Shown piece after piece: positions 34,628 to 46,569 of a DNA stretch of 49,361 nt. The position numbers were made by a program, and so were the translations under genes. This DNA is from Hyphochytrium catenoides (taxonomy: Eukaryota > Protista > Hyphochytriomycota). The notes under the pieces are model-generated. The model saw only the letters and a program-made list of their open reading frames with translations, searched no databases and had not been told where the DNA came from. Position 1 is the stretch's first letter, and the number at the start of each line of letters is the position of its first letter. The DNA lies in assembly GCA_900088475.1 (NCBI GenBank), contig FLMG01003841.1:1-49361 (forward strand), given 5' to 3'.

Positions 34628-36434
34628 TCTTAGAAGGAGTAGAAGGTGGGCACAAGCCACTAGGCTCTGGCCACTGCCCTCGGGGTGCTACACGAGCTGC
34701 TAGCTCGAGACAAGAGGAGATTCCGATAAGCTTGTTTGCACCTTCCCAGGCTTGCTAGCAGTAGCACTCGGACCAAGAAGCAAAAACCCTTCGATGCGCG
34801 AAAAGAATCGAGAAAGTATTTCGCCGACGGGCGCAGGCCTCGAGAGGGGAAGAAGAGCTAGAGGCACTAGGTGTTAAGCAGTAGGCGATGGTCCACTACT
34901 AAGCCTGGTCCAGTCCATCCAAACGTGGGCCGCGCGCCGCAGACCAAATAGGACCGAGGGTGAGCTGTTCGGCACTTGGTACAAAGGCTTATCTGCCGGT
35001 GCTTCCTGGCGCTTTGACAGGCAAAGTAGAGAGCTGAAAGGCGAGGTTGATGGGAGACGTAGCCAAGAGGTGCGAGCCTGGCTAGTACTTGTAGTACCGG
35101 TAGTCCAGGTTCTTGCCGTGCTGCGACATGCCAGGGGTTGGAGGACTACAGGGAGTTCGTAGGAAGGGAGAGAGAGAGACCGGCAAGAAGGACGAAAGAG
35201 CGGGTGGAGGAAGGGAGAGTTGCCAGAGAAAGCGGCAGCGGTTCAGAAGGCAGAGGAGATGACAGGAGGGAAGTGGCAGCAGCAGCAGGTGCACTTCATG
35301 GCCTCCAGGGCGGGAGCGAGCTAACAGACAGACCGAGAGACAGACAGAGCCACAAGGCCTTAGAGCCTTGGCCGCTCTGCTGCTACCGCGGCGTCGGTGC
35401 CTTCCGAACTCTCCTGGCACAGATACCCTACCACGTGGGTTTGATATCAACCTTGGGTTAGATGTTGGGTTTGCATTTGGTAAAGCCTATACCCTCTCCT
35501 TGCGGATAGGTAGAGTGGGTTTGAATGTGTGTGTTTGGCGTCTAGATGTGTGTGTGGAACACGAAAGGTAAACGAGAGGGGAAGAGGAGCGTGGAGGGAG
35601 AAATGGCAAACGCTTTGTCTCCCCACCCCGTCTCTCTTACGATCTCCTCCCTCCCTCTGTCTCACTGTAGTCTATAGAGTTTATTCGCCATACTACCTCT
35701 CTCTCGGCGCTCTGTTTCTCCCCTCACCTTTCGCAACTAGATTCCCCTTGCTTCCAGCATGAAATGTGCTGACCATTCTTGTAGTAATACGAAGGAACTG
35801 AGGATCTAAACCGCATTCAAATGAATGCTATGGCCGTCAGTAGTAATGGGAATTTACCCTCTGCAGCTGCTGGGTTCACCGCACACTGAAACTGTACAGT
35901 TCGAATGTCAAAGACACCAACTTCAAGAGCCATCAATCTATACAAATATTAACAAGGGGGACACCAATCCATACAGATGATGAGAGACAGATATGACGGT
36001 TTAGAGATCCACTAATGCTTTACGATTTGAAAGCAGTGCCGAAAGGTCATTGCACATTCTGTTTTGGTTTTTTTTCTTAACCGGATTTATAACCCCCAAT
36101 AACACACATAAAGATGCACTTTGGTGGCATAAATCCCGGCCAAAGCAATGCCTATAACCCTGGTAACTTGGTATCAAGGCCTGCTTACCTTTCAATCTGG
36201 CTATCCAAACGAAAGAGGGTAATAATCATCCTTCAGGCCGGTATATACCATGCCTCTTCCTTCCCTCCTCCCCCGCTGTGTCTCCTTCCTGAAGGCTTTG
36301 GATCCTCCTCTGCCTTCCCTGTGGCGGGCGGCCGTCCATCATCACCCTCAGAACCTTTACTCACTCGGACTCTGCACCCTCAGCTGCTTCTGGCTCCTAG
36401 GGTATTAGCCCAGCTCCTGTTGGCATCAGGCACT

Positions 36435-36540
36435 TCCTCTCTCTCTCTCTCTTTCTTTCTTTCTCTCTCTCTCTCTCTTTCTTTCTTTTTCTCTCTCTCT
36501 CTCTCTCTCTCCCTCTCCCTGTCTCCCTCTCTCTCGCTCG
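36435..36540. repeat. (CT)n/pyrimidine microsatellite tract
   Basis: About 100 bp of ctctct/ttct. Confidence 0.9.
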
Positions 36541-38018
36541 TGTCATTCTCCCTTTATACTTCTCTCCCTCCAAGGCTGTGTTGTGTGTGTGCCTCGCGCT
36601 TCCTCACCCTTTCTCTTTCCCTCTCCCCTCCTTCAGCTGGTTTGAGCTCATTCTTCGGCCCTGCTTCCCTCCGTGCACATTCCAACTCTGCTCGCATTAC
36701 AGTCCCCGCTCGTTGCCATTGATCGTCTCTTCTGTCCAGCTCCTCTAAAAGTCGATGGTGCGCTCTTCCATCGTGGTCAGCTGCCTCCCTCTGGCATGCG
36801 CCTAAGGGCCTGCGTAGAGCTCCTCCGCTCATCGTGGCGTTGCTGCTGTTCCTCCCAGAAGTGTGCAGGGGCCATAGAATCAGAAAGCTGACCACCAGCA
36901 GGAGGGCAAGTCGGTAGTAGTAGAGGCAACAATCTTCAGCCTGCCCACTGGCTTTATCACTGTTTTTCATTCGCTACTGGGTCTCTCTTGCCGAGTCCTC
37001 CGTGGATGACCGCCCTGTGTCTTTCACATCATTCTGTCATCTTTGCTAGGCTCCCTCCTCCCCTGCATCCACTTCTGGACGGCATGTTCCTTGCTTGAGA
37101 GAGCAAGCCGATAAAGATACGTGTGACGTCCTCGCTCCATAAGACCTTGTGTCCAGCAGTAGCGCCCAGCTGGTAGCAGGACTAAGAGAATAAAGAACAC
37201 CAAAGAAATTAGGTCATCCGCTGTACTAGGACAACACTTGGCTGGTGTTTCCAGAAACAGGAATATTTCAACGATTAGTTCACAGCGTTAGGGCCGAACG
37301 CAGCTGCAGCAGCGTAGAAGCACAGGCAGGAAGGCGGTAGGACAATTTACGATGAATCTTGGAGGTGTGGTCAGTTTGTGGCTGCCTTCTCTTCTTAGGA
37401 CACAATTGAAGACAAGAACTGCGCCACTTCAACGAAGTCGTCAAGCGGAGCTTCTAAGTGATATCGGTGATGGGCCTACTGCGTCTATCCCATCCTATAA
37501 TCTGCTCCTCAGTTCAAACTCCTGTCTATCTTTTGACCAGGAAGGGTTATATAAGATTGAGAGGAGATCCGCGGCCGCCGCGACAATAATAAGACCTTTC
37601 CAATAATAGTGCTACATTCGCATCACGAGAGGCCCATGATGACTGGCAAGCCGATCCTACGATGACAATGACAAGCAGACAGCAGGGAACGTACGTAGAC
37701 GACTATTTCTTAGTAGACAGCATAAAAAGGCAGGGACTTGTTTGCTTCATGTGAATCAAAGCTACACAGAGGAAGAAGAGGAAGAGGATGGTCAGACAGC
37801 TCACTGGTCCTTCTTTAGGGCAAGAGCAGCAGAGAAAGCTGAGGAAGTAGAAATGGCGCCTTTATCTCGGTCAAGCTGTCATTATCTGTCTGTTGGCTGA
37901 ATACTCATTAGTTCCGCAGAGCAGGAAAAGGGATGCTCTCGGGCCAGGGAGAATGATGAGAGCCTGGCCACTGGGTATGCTACTACGGATGATAACCATC
38001 AATGGCGGGGAAAGAAGA

Positions 38019-38084
38019 GAGAAAGAAGATAGTAATACTTCCTCACTTAGTGAGAAAGAAGATAGTAATACCTCCTCACTTAGT
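38019..38084. repeat. 33-bp tandem duplication (1 mismatch)
   Basis: gagaaagaagatagtaatac(t/c)tcctcacttagt x2. Confidence 0.9.
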
Positions 38085-39547
38085 TAGCATCTTGACTGAC
38101 GAACGAACATTATCAGCCTTCGCCCTCGGTATCAACTCGCTGGTAGGTCCTTCAAAATGGAAGAACAAAGAACAACGGAAGCTGGAGAAGTAAAGTACGA
38201 CGAACAAGCAAGGAGAAGAAGCGGAACCTAATGAAGGCCAACAATCATCACGCTGATCATGGACAAGGAAAACCAGCCAGGGGAAAAGAGGAAGAAGAGA
38301 AAGACGTCCTCCACTCATCATCATCCGCAAGTAGTACTGGTAGAGGAAGACGAAAGAGAAAGCAGGAGGAGGTCTAACAATAATAAATGATGACGAAGGA
38401 ACGTAGGAGACGATTATTATGAACTACTAGATCTATCGGAGGCCAACCCCACAGCGCTGCTGCGGAGCCGTACTAAGCTTGAGAAGCAGCGAGAGCGAAG
38501 AAGAGGCAGCACCACATGTTAGGCTTATCATCCGTAGGAACAAATATTAACATTAGAAAGGTAGCCATCAGCCATCATCGTTATCCCTTTGGGCTTTCGT
38601 CAAAGAAAAAGAACCAGAGGAAAGTACTCGCAGCAGAAAGACGGGTGGTCCTATGACACAGGTTTTGGTGCCAATCCAGCAATACAATGAACGTGAGTTT
38701 ACAATATACAAGAGTGGGTTTAACTGAAAAGTGTGTTTGAGACCAAACCTATGCTTTTGTATCAAAGAAGCAGAGTGGTGACAACTGGTTTGGGTGTGTT
38801 TGTCGCAAAGATTGTGTGTTTGCCGCTGTGGACACAGGCAGTGCCGTGGTTCTGACCGCCAAAGAGCAAGAAGGAGCACCCATCAGCCCATCAGCCCATC
38901 AGCCAAAGCCCCAGTTAGGTATCCTGATGACACCAAGCTTCCTAGTCTTCTTTGCTGGCCTGTGGGCTTCATAGAGGGGTCTGTGTCAGCCTTTGCCATA
39001 GCCTTTGTCATAGGGATCGCTAAGGGAAAGGATCTAAGTGCTGCAAGGACTGACCGCCCTCATATTGAATCGAAATCAAACAGACGTCGCTTTTGTGGGC
39101 GACAGCCTTGCGGTCCGCTCTTTCATTTCTTCCTCTGTCTTGCCACTTCTATCGTATCTTTGCGCCTTCAACGATCACGTAAAAGCCTTTGAGAAAGCTG
39201 CTGAAGCACCCTCCTCCACCTAATCCCGAAGTCATCTGATATCCGTGCCAATGTCGCTGTTGCCTTGATGCGCTACTAAGGTAAACAGACTGAAAGCTGG
39301 CAGTTAAGCAAACCCAGAACGTACTCTTTCCATATTCAGGCTCTTCCATCCTCTTTGCCTTTCACTCTATTTCTGGGCATAGGTCCTCACCATCTGGGTT
39401 CGAATGATGCTCTGTTCCGTCTCTATCATGACGTTTGCCCTGCTCGCAACCTTACTTAACTTTGGCAGAGTCTAATCCCAAGTTCTCTCTCTCGCAACAT
39501 ATATATGTATATACCATCGAAGTCAAGGCTAATCTTCATGGTACAGG

Positions 39548-40686
39548 ATGATCAAGGGTGCCATTATAGTTAACAATCATGGCAAGCCGCGGGTTGTCAA
39601 GTTCTATGAGAAAGTGGTAAGGTGACTTGACGTTCCTCCTCGCTCTCCTTGTTACGCTCTGTCTCTCCCTCGTCACTCTCTGTCTTTCCATCAATAGACT
39701 TCGGTACTTCTCTCACTAGCACGTTGTTTGTCATGTTGCTCCAGTCCGTTCATCGCTGATGAGCCTCTTCAACTCTTCTCATCTTTTACTATAGATTTCA
39801 ATCCGTCCTCACCGTTATCCCGTTCGTATCTCCTTTTAGTCTCTGCTTCGCTGCATAGTCTTGTCACCGCATCGTTCATCGTTGTCGTCGGTTCTTTCTC
39901 TTCATGGCCCTCACTTTGGCTTCTTAAATTCTCCTCTCACCAGCCAGAGGAGGAGCAACAGCAGGTGATCCGAGACATCTACACACACGTCTCCAAGCGG
40001 CCAGACACGCTCTGTAACTTTCTTGAGGGAAGGTATGCTTCTCCCTATTCTTTGTGCAGGCCAAGTCTTACCTTCACCGCTACTGTTATTGCCCGTAGTG
40101 TGCACTGTTGGGGCGATGATGTGAAGATTATCTATCGGCATTATGCGACGCTCTACTTCGTCTTTGCGGTCGATCAGCAAGAGAGCGATCTGGGAATTCT
40201 TGACCTTATTCAAGGTACATAGCACGCCTCTTTCTGGGATTTGATCCTATCGCTTTTCTCCCTTTCCTCCTCGATTTTCTCTCGGCCGTTCCACGGTCGT
40301 GGCTGATCAAAGGGTCGGGACTTTGGTTGTTCAACTCCTTCGCTCTCATCGTCCGTCGAACCTTCTGCGGCGAAGTCTATCTCTGCCTTCTCATCTTCTT
40401 TTCTAGACTTACTTATGCTGCGTGCTTCCCGGCTTTGCCTTCTTTCCTCCCTCCAGTTTTTGTAGAGACACTGGACAAGTGCTTCGAGAACGTCTGCGAG
40501 CTAGACCTAATTTTCCATAGTGATAAGGTGCATTACGTTCTGGACGAGATCGTGATGGGCGGGATGGTGCTGGAGACAAACATTCACGAGATCTTAACGG
40601 CCGTGAACGATATGAACAAGATGGACGTACAGAGCCAGAAGTCGGCCGTGCTGGGCTCAGCGGCCAACGTTGTGCGCAAGCTGTAA
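39548..40686 (+). CDS. AP3S: AP-3 complex subunit sigma, 4 exons, 167 aa
   Basis: Exons 39548-39616, 39944-40032, 40099-40214, 40457-40686 give MIKGAIIVNNHGKPRVVKFY..CNFLEG..IYRHYATLYFVFAVDQQESDLGILDLIQVFVETLDKCFENVCELDLIFH..VLETN. Confidence 0.96.
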
Positions 40687-41361
40687 GAAAAGATTGAAGG
40701 GCAAAACGGATATACTGCAGCAGAGGCGCGGGGTTGGTGGGGGCTTCCCCTGGAAAGAATAAACATTATACGGAGCGAGAGGAGGGACTGAGAGGGTTAT
40801 ACGTCGTACGAGAAACCAGAGGAGGCGATAAAGGGTTCCGCAGGAGCTGGCCGGCAGAGAAGATAGCAACTCAGCAACATACAAGGGGTGCAGCAGAATA
40901 CAGTTGGCTACGACAACTGAGGAGGCACAGCAACTCAACCTGCCCGCCCACCGTAAACTTCGGAAGTTGATGGTTGTTAGGTCACGACCAATGGACATGA
41001 TCCACCTCTTTGTCTCTTGCACAGATCGAGGGTGAAGCTGTCCCGTAACTGGCTAATAGAATCGTTTTAGATTATGAAAGAATAGACGCCTCTGTTATCC
41101 TTCCCTAGCCGCGCTCTCCATCTGACTATAATGGCCGGACAGGGTAGTAGCTAATCTAAGAATGAGTTTCGCCGGGTCGGTAACGCTCCAAACTTGCCTC
41201 TAATGCTGAGCTGAGTCAATGGTAGCCCTGTACTTAGGCGTTGTCGAGTCCTCTCCTCGTTAATCGCAACCCATCACACCCTTGTGCCGCAGTCAAAAGG
41301 TCCACGCCGCAGACATCTTCCCACCATTATTTAGTCCTCAACTCCTTGGCAAACCAGTGAG

Positions 41362-43119
41362 CTAGCCTTCCTCTTCCTCCCTTCTGGGCAATAAATATTG
41401 GTTCACTAACTGCAGTGAGCGGGTGTGTAGGAGAGGAAGGAACGGAAGGCAGTGGATCACTTCGTGGTGGTGAAAGCTGGGCAGGTATGTCTCATCCACG
41501 CTAACAGAAAAATCATTCCGCTTGTCTGGCCCTAGCACCAGCTCTTCTCCTTCAAAGGCCGAGTGCGGGGTGGACGAATTCTGGGACGGCCCGAGAGAGA
41601 CATTTGCCTCTCTATCTCTCCTCCTTTGTCTCTGTATGCTGCCGCTGCTGTGTATGGTCTGTGGACCCGCCCCTGAGATGAGAGGATTCCACCCCGTGGC
41701 GCTCGCGATGACGACTCCCTTGCAGCGTTGCGGAAGAGGGCCTAATCTACGCTCGATATCGTCAGGTCCCCATTCCACCAGCTCACGTAGAGCAGGACAA
41801 GGAAAGAGCTTTCTCATCCATCCTATGTTCAGCGAACGTCGAAGGGAACGCAGCATTGAAACCCTAGCATGGTGCAGAACCAAGCAGACAAGAGAGCAAG
41901 AGTGACAATAGGATCAGGCACTACGGGAAGAAGACCATCAGTTCCAAAACAAAACGAGCGTCGCTATAATCAACAAACAGCAGCAGAAGGCTACGCATCA
42001 ATGGGAAGCAGAAACGACCCTTTGTGACGACAGAATTGGGTATAGAGAGTGATTCTCTCACCCTCTATTAGGCGGTGCTATCATGACGACGTTGGATGGA
42101 ATGTCGTCCCAGTCCAAAAGAGTAAAAGCCTCTCTTAAAATGAGCGCGCCATAGCCGTACGTGAGAAAGTGCGAGGGAGGGGCCAAAGGATTATCTCTAG
42201 CATGAGTCTTTAGGTCGTGAAGAACTCCAGCAAAGTCTACATGTTAAGAGGGCGCAACGAGGTTATTAGACCACTGGTGAGGCGGGGTTTATATAAGAAG
42301 TAAGAGTGAGTCCCCATAAAGAAACGTCTCTGAGACTGAGAAGGGACAGAAAGAGAGATGGACATCGAAATGAACGGGTTGGAGAGAGGTGGAACTTATG
42401 TAACGTACTGGCCACTGTTAGCACCGACATAAAAAGGCAAAAAGGGAGCATACATATGGAATGGGGAGGGATTTTAACGAACCTTCTCCATGTTCTCGAA
42501 GAGTCTGAGAGGCATCATAAGCCGAGGAGAGCAGCGGGAAAAGTGATTGTCAGATGGTAGGAGTGATCAGAAAGCATGTGACAATGCCGGAACGGCCGGT
42601 AAGAAACCAAGAAAATTCCTGTCTTGCCTCGCAGGAAATGCAGCTCGAGATAAGGCAAGAGACAAAATGAGACGGCATCAAGGTTACTAAGGGAGCCATC
42701 TCTAGCAAGCAAGCGCACGAGATTTTGACGGCTCTAGAAAAGATACAAGTCATTATTAAAAAAAAAAACAGATATACCGTTAAAGAGACAGGCCTTTCAT
42801 GGAGGCAAGGGAGCAACGACGCTAAGAGAATGGTTAATACGCAGGTCACAAGTGATCTCAGGATGGAGCTGCAGAGTACCTTGCTGCAGAACTGATAGCG
42901 ATAGGAGATGACCGATGGCCCTTGATCTCCAAACTCCCTTGAGGAGTCTGGCGAGAGGAAAGATATCTGGTCCTTTCCTTTCAGCTTGAACATCTCTAAC
43001 GCTGACAGCTGTAGGCATGGGCCAACGGCACCGTGTATGGTCACCACCACTGGTCGCAGCATCATACCCGACTGTGCTCGAGCCAGAAGGAAAGGGGCTA
43101 CCGGGGAGATGGAAGCCAT
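41362..43119 (-). CDS. Alpha/beta-hydrolase (lipase/esterase-like) homolog lacking the nucleophile Ser; 4 exons, ~312 aa
   Basis: Exons 43119-42880, 42504-42483 (22 nt), 42236-42062, 41863-41362 join in frame: VVVTIHG..SYRYQFCSKTLREHGEDF..HFLTYGYGALILRE..NVVMIAPPNRG..GVVIA..GWNPLI..NDFSVSVDETYL. Additional 5' exons are possible. Confidence 0.75.
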
Positions 43120-44221
43120 AGTGCCAGGCTCTACCTGAAAGATTCTCGATGTCCTCTACCGCTGTGATGGCTCCTGGATGGCGAAGTACCAAGCAATCAC
43201 AGAGCTTTCAAGATGCATCTTCCAGCATGTTGGAATCCTTCAGAAACAATTCGGCCCTCAGGTTTCTTTGCATTACCATGACTGCTCTATTGCAGGGGAA
43301 AGAGAGAACAAGAGTGTCTGCTCGAGGTGTTCGTGTAATGATGTTCAACTGCCCAAACGAAACGCAGTGAGTTGACGTCCGTCACCACTAGGATCAAGGA
43401 AGCAGGGAACGGCGCTGCCTGCACGGTTGCGGGCTACTAGCTGGGGGTTCTTCGGCGCACACAATGGGGTTAGTGGCCCTACGGAAGCTATTCTACCGCT
43501 GTCTGTGAGTTAGCGGAGTAGACGGATGCTGGTGCGGCTGACGATGTCCCGTATCGGGCAGACCTAAGGAGAACTAGATGACCTAAAGTGCCGTCGGAAG
43601 CTGCTGTACCTTGGCCAATCTCTGGTCAAGCTTGCTGTCCAGCTGCTCATTAGAGAAATAAAGTCGGTGTCTTTGTGGTTGTGCAGCAGCTTCATCTGCA
43701 GCTTGCTTTCTCAGGCTCGTCAGCAGCTTCTGTGCTGGATGACGACAGAGCAGCATCAGAACTCTCCAGACATCAAGAAAAAAAAGTATCTTGCGCTTTT
43801 CTTGTATCTTCGCCCTCCCTGCATATCACTCAGCGAGAATCATCGTGATTATAGTTATCACGGGAACTGATCCCTCTTCGGTAATCATCAAGAGTAATGC
43901 CGTTGGCGGTACTCGTAGCGGCGCACAGCGGCGATTACTGTGCGGGCTTCCCTTCATTTTCGCATTCTCTGACTCGGATGAAGATCAAGCTCTAACTGCG
44001 TCGGAGATCGAGCTCATCGCCTGTGGAAGAAGTCCATTGACTGCTTTTAGAACGAATCCGTAGGGGTGAATAGACGTACGATCCCCAATTCTAGCCGCGA
44101 TAGGCTGACTGAAGACTCTGGGATGATGGGGCCAAGCTAAGGTCATTCGAGGTTCGCGCACGTTCTATAACCCGCTACTAGCATTACCAAGACCCTCCAG
44201 GCAGCTTTTAGGTCTGCCGAG

Positions 44222-46265
44222 ATGTCCTCTTTAGTGGAAGTATCGAGCTCGGCCTTGATCACAAAGGAAGAGCCGCCCAATGGCCCCAGCGAAAAACAGA
44301 AGAGCACAAAGAAGCGTGCGCTGGCCCCGGATTCAACTCCCATGAGAAGGTTAGAAGACCCGCTCTCGTATCAGATTCTTCCATCCCGACCTTCTCGTCA
44401 GACTGCACTTGAAGATGCCGCTCTTATGCCCCCACCTCGCGCTTCTGGACGGCATAAGAGGGTTCTGGAAGAAGATGAGTACACGGAAGTGTTAGGTATG
44501 ACACTGGCCAACGTCTTGCTCGCTAAAACTCCATCACCCTTCTCTCTTACTTCTCTGCTCTTCTTACTTCCACATGTCTCTTCTCTGGTAGTCGTTCTCC
44601 TATAGTTAGACGCACTTCTTTCTCTTACTTGCATCTTTTTCCCATGCAGGCTCCATCATTCAACGCGACTACTTCCCTGATCTTCCCAAGCTTAAGAGCC
44701 AGCTGCTTTGGATTGATGCGCTTGACTCAAATGACCCGGAGGAGATAGAGAGAGCGAGAAGGGTTATTCTCTCAGAGCAGAAAAAATTTGGACTCACTCC
44801 TACCCCGTCCCGCGGCTCTCCTTCTCCTTCTTTGTCCTCTCTCTCTTCTACCTCCAGAATGGAAAGAGAGAAGCGCGGCAAGAGTTCAGAATGGGACGAG
44901 CTAAGTCCAGACAGACAAGCCTCGGCTACGGCGGTAGCAGGTAGTAGCTCTCAATTCGAAGAAAGAGTAATGGCAGAGCAAGAAGAGGAAGATGTGACAG
45001 AAGAAGAAAGAGAGAGAAGAAGGTTAGAGGCCATGCCACTCATGAAGTTCGTCCAGACTCATACCTCAGAAGACAATGCTTCTTTCAATGAACTACTAGC
45101 AAAGGACCAGGAGACACATAGAAGAAGATACAACTGGGCTTTTGACTCAGAAAACGCGACCGAGAACCGAGAGAGGCGTCTGCTTCTTCTCCCATCAGGG
45201 GCAGGAACAATGAACCAGAAGCAGCTAGAGGCGTTTGATGCGGCTGTTGCCGAGAAGACGAAGCTAGGTGACGATAGACCAAATGGTCCAGACACATGGC
45301 CTCACCGACCGAAGAATCCACTTCTCTTTCCTCCAGACTTAGGAACAAATAGAGAGATTTGCGGTCTCCCTAAGCAAGATGAGGTCGGAGCGGGAGAAGA
45401 TGTAAAGCTTCTGACGGAGGGGAAGAGTACTGGTTCTTCTATGCCGACAAGTTCCTCTCTCACCTCGTCGTCTGCGCCCTCCAATCGCGTCGGCGTCATC
45501 CCCAAGGCACCTCCTGCTACTGTTGCGAAGAACACACGGTTTAGAGGGTCAGATCTTTCATCTTCCTCTATTCCTCCTTCTCCTTTGACTCTCTCCTCTT
45601 CCGCTTCCTCGGTCATGGGAGGAGGAGAGACAGATCTGCAAAGGATGGTAGCAATGACCCCTTCGCCTATGCCAGGAGCTTTCGGATCGAGAGGCCCAGG
45701 AGCTGAAGGAGGCGCCTCTCCCTTTGTCACCTGGGGAGACATAGAAGGAACGCCTATGATCCTTGATCCCTCTAGTACTCCTTTGGGACCCCTTTCCTCC
45801 TCTCTTGCGCGAGAGGCCACAGGAGGGCCGCAGTTCCGCATAGAAGCGACATCTTACCGAGAAAAGCTTGCAGAGAGAATGAACCAAGAGATAGCAGTCA
45901 AGAAAAGAAAGCGCCAAGAGGCGATGACTGGAAGGAAAAGAGAAAGAGAGAGAAATGGAGCTCCTCTTACTCCTTCGGAACGGATAGCAGCCATGTCGCC
46001 TGCAGCGCAAAATTTGGCAAGGAGACTGACGGGCAACCGCTTTCCTCTCCCTCCTTCTTCCCTGTCAAGGCAAGGAGGCGCACCAAGGTTGCCTGGGGGG
46101 ATTTCCTCCGCCCGCAGTGTTGCCAGCAACGTGCCTACTCCTTCTCCTTTTGCAGTGGGGAGACTAAACAGCGCGTTGCGCGAGAAAGAAGGAGAGCGGG
46201 AGAGGATTAGGGGAAGGAAAAGTGGCTCCTCGGTAACTGACAATCTTCTCCCGCCTAGGCCCTGA
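44222..46265 (+). CDS. ESS2: Splicing factor ESS2/DGCR14/Es2 homolog, 2 exons, ~629 aa
   Basis: Exons 44222-44495 and 44650-46265. VLEEDEYTEVLGSIIQRDYFPDLPKL, FVQTHTSEDNASFNELL, KNPLLFPP, NTRF, TPSPMPG, SPFVTWGDIEGTP, MSPAAQ, VTDNLL are Es2-family hallmarks. Confidence 0.93.
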
Positions 46266-46569
46266 ACCAGGCGTGTCTGATCCCTTTGCTCTTCAGAGCT
46301 TTATTCTATTTATTGATCGGTAGGCAGGGCTGCAGGATATCGTGGGAGGAGGCTGGCAGCGGGAGGTTGAGAGAGATGAGAGGGATGGTTTCCCTCAGGA
46401 CTTTATTTACAAGCCATAAGTAATACGTGGGGCACTAGTGCTCATCCAAGAGCAAGGCATAAATATGTGGAGAAAAAGAAAGACAGCCGTCAGTTTGCTT
46501 GTTCTGTCTCTCTGACTGCGAGTCTACATGGCTGCGCCTCCTCAGCAATTTCTGTTGTCTCGCCTGCTG

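Noticed and set aside
34870-36970. Candidate ORFs (36554-36970 minus with a TM-like segment; 36114-36722 plus; open frames 34870-35150)
   Set aside because: Strand is ambiguous, much of the length comes from CT/GA microsatellite, and there is no consistent exon model or family motif.
38800-39223. Possible small two-exon plus-strand gene ending ..KAAEAPSST*
   Set aside because: No start or homology support visible.
43200-44100. Exon-like minus-strand segments upstream of the hydrolase
   Set aside because: Could be extra 5' exons or another gene, but I could not join them in frame.
45302-46243. Long antisense ORFs over ESS2 (similar ones over GH7 and the Cys-rich gene)
   Set aside because: Shadow frames of real coding sequence.
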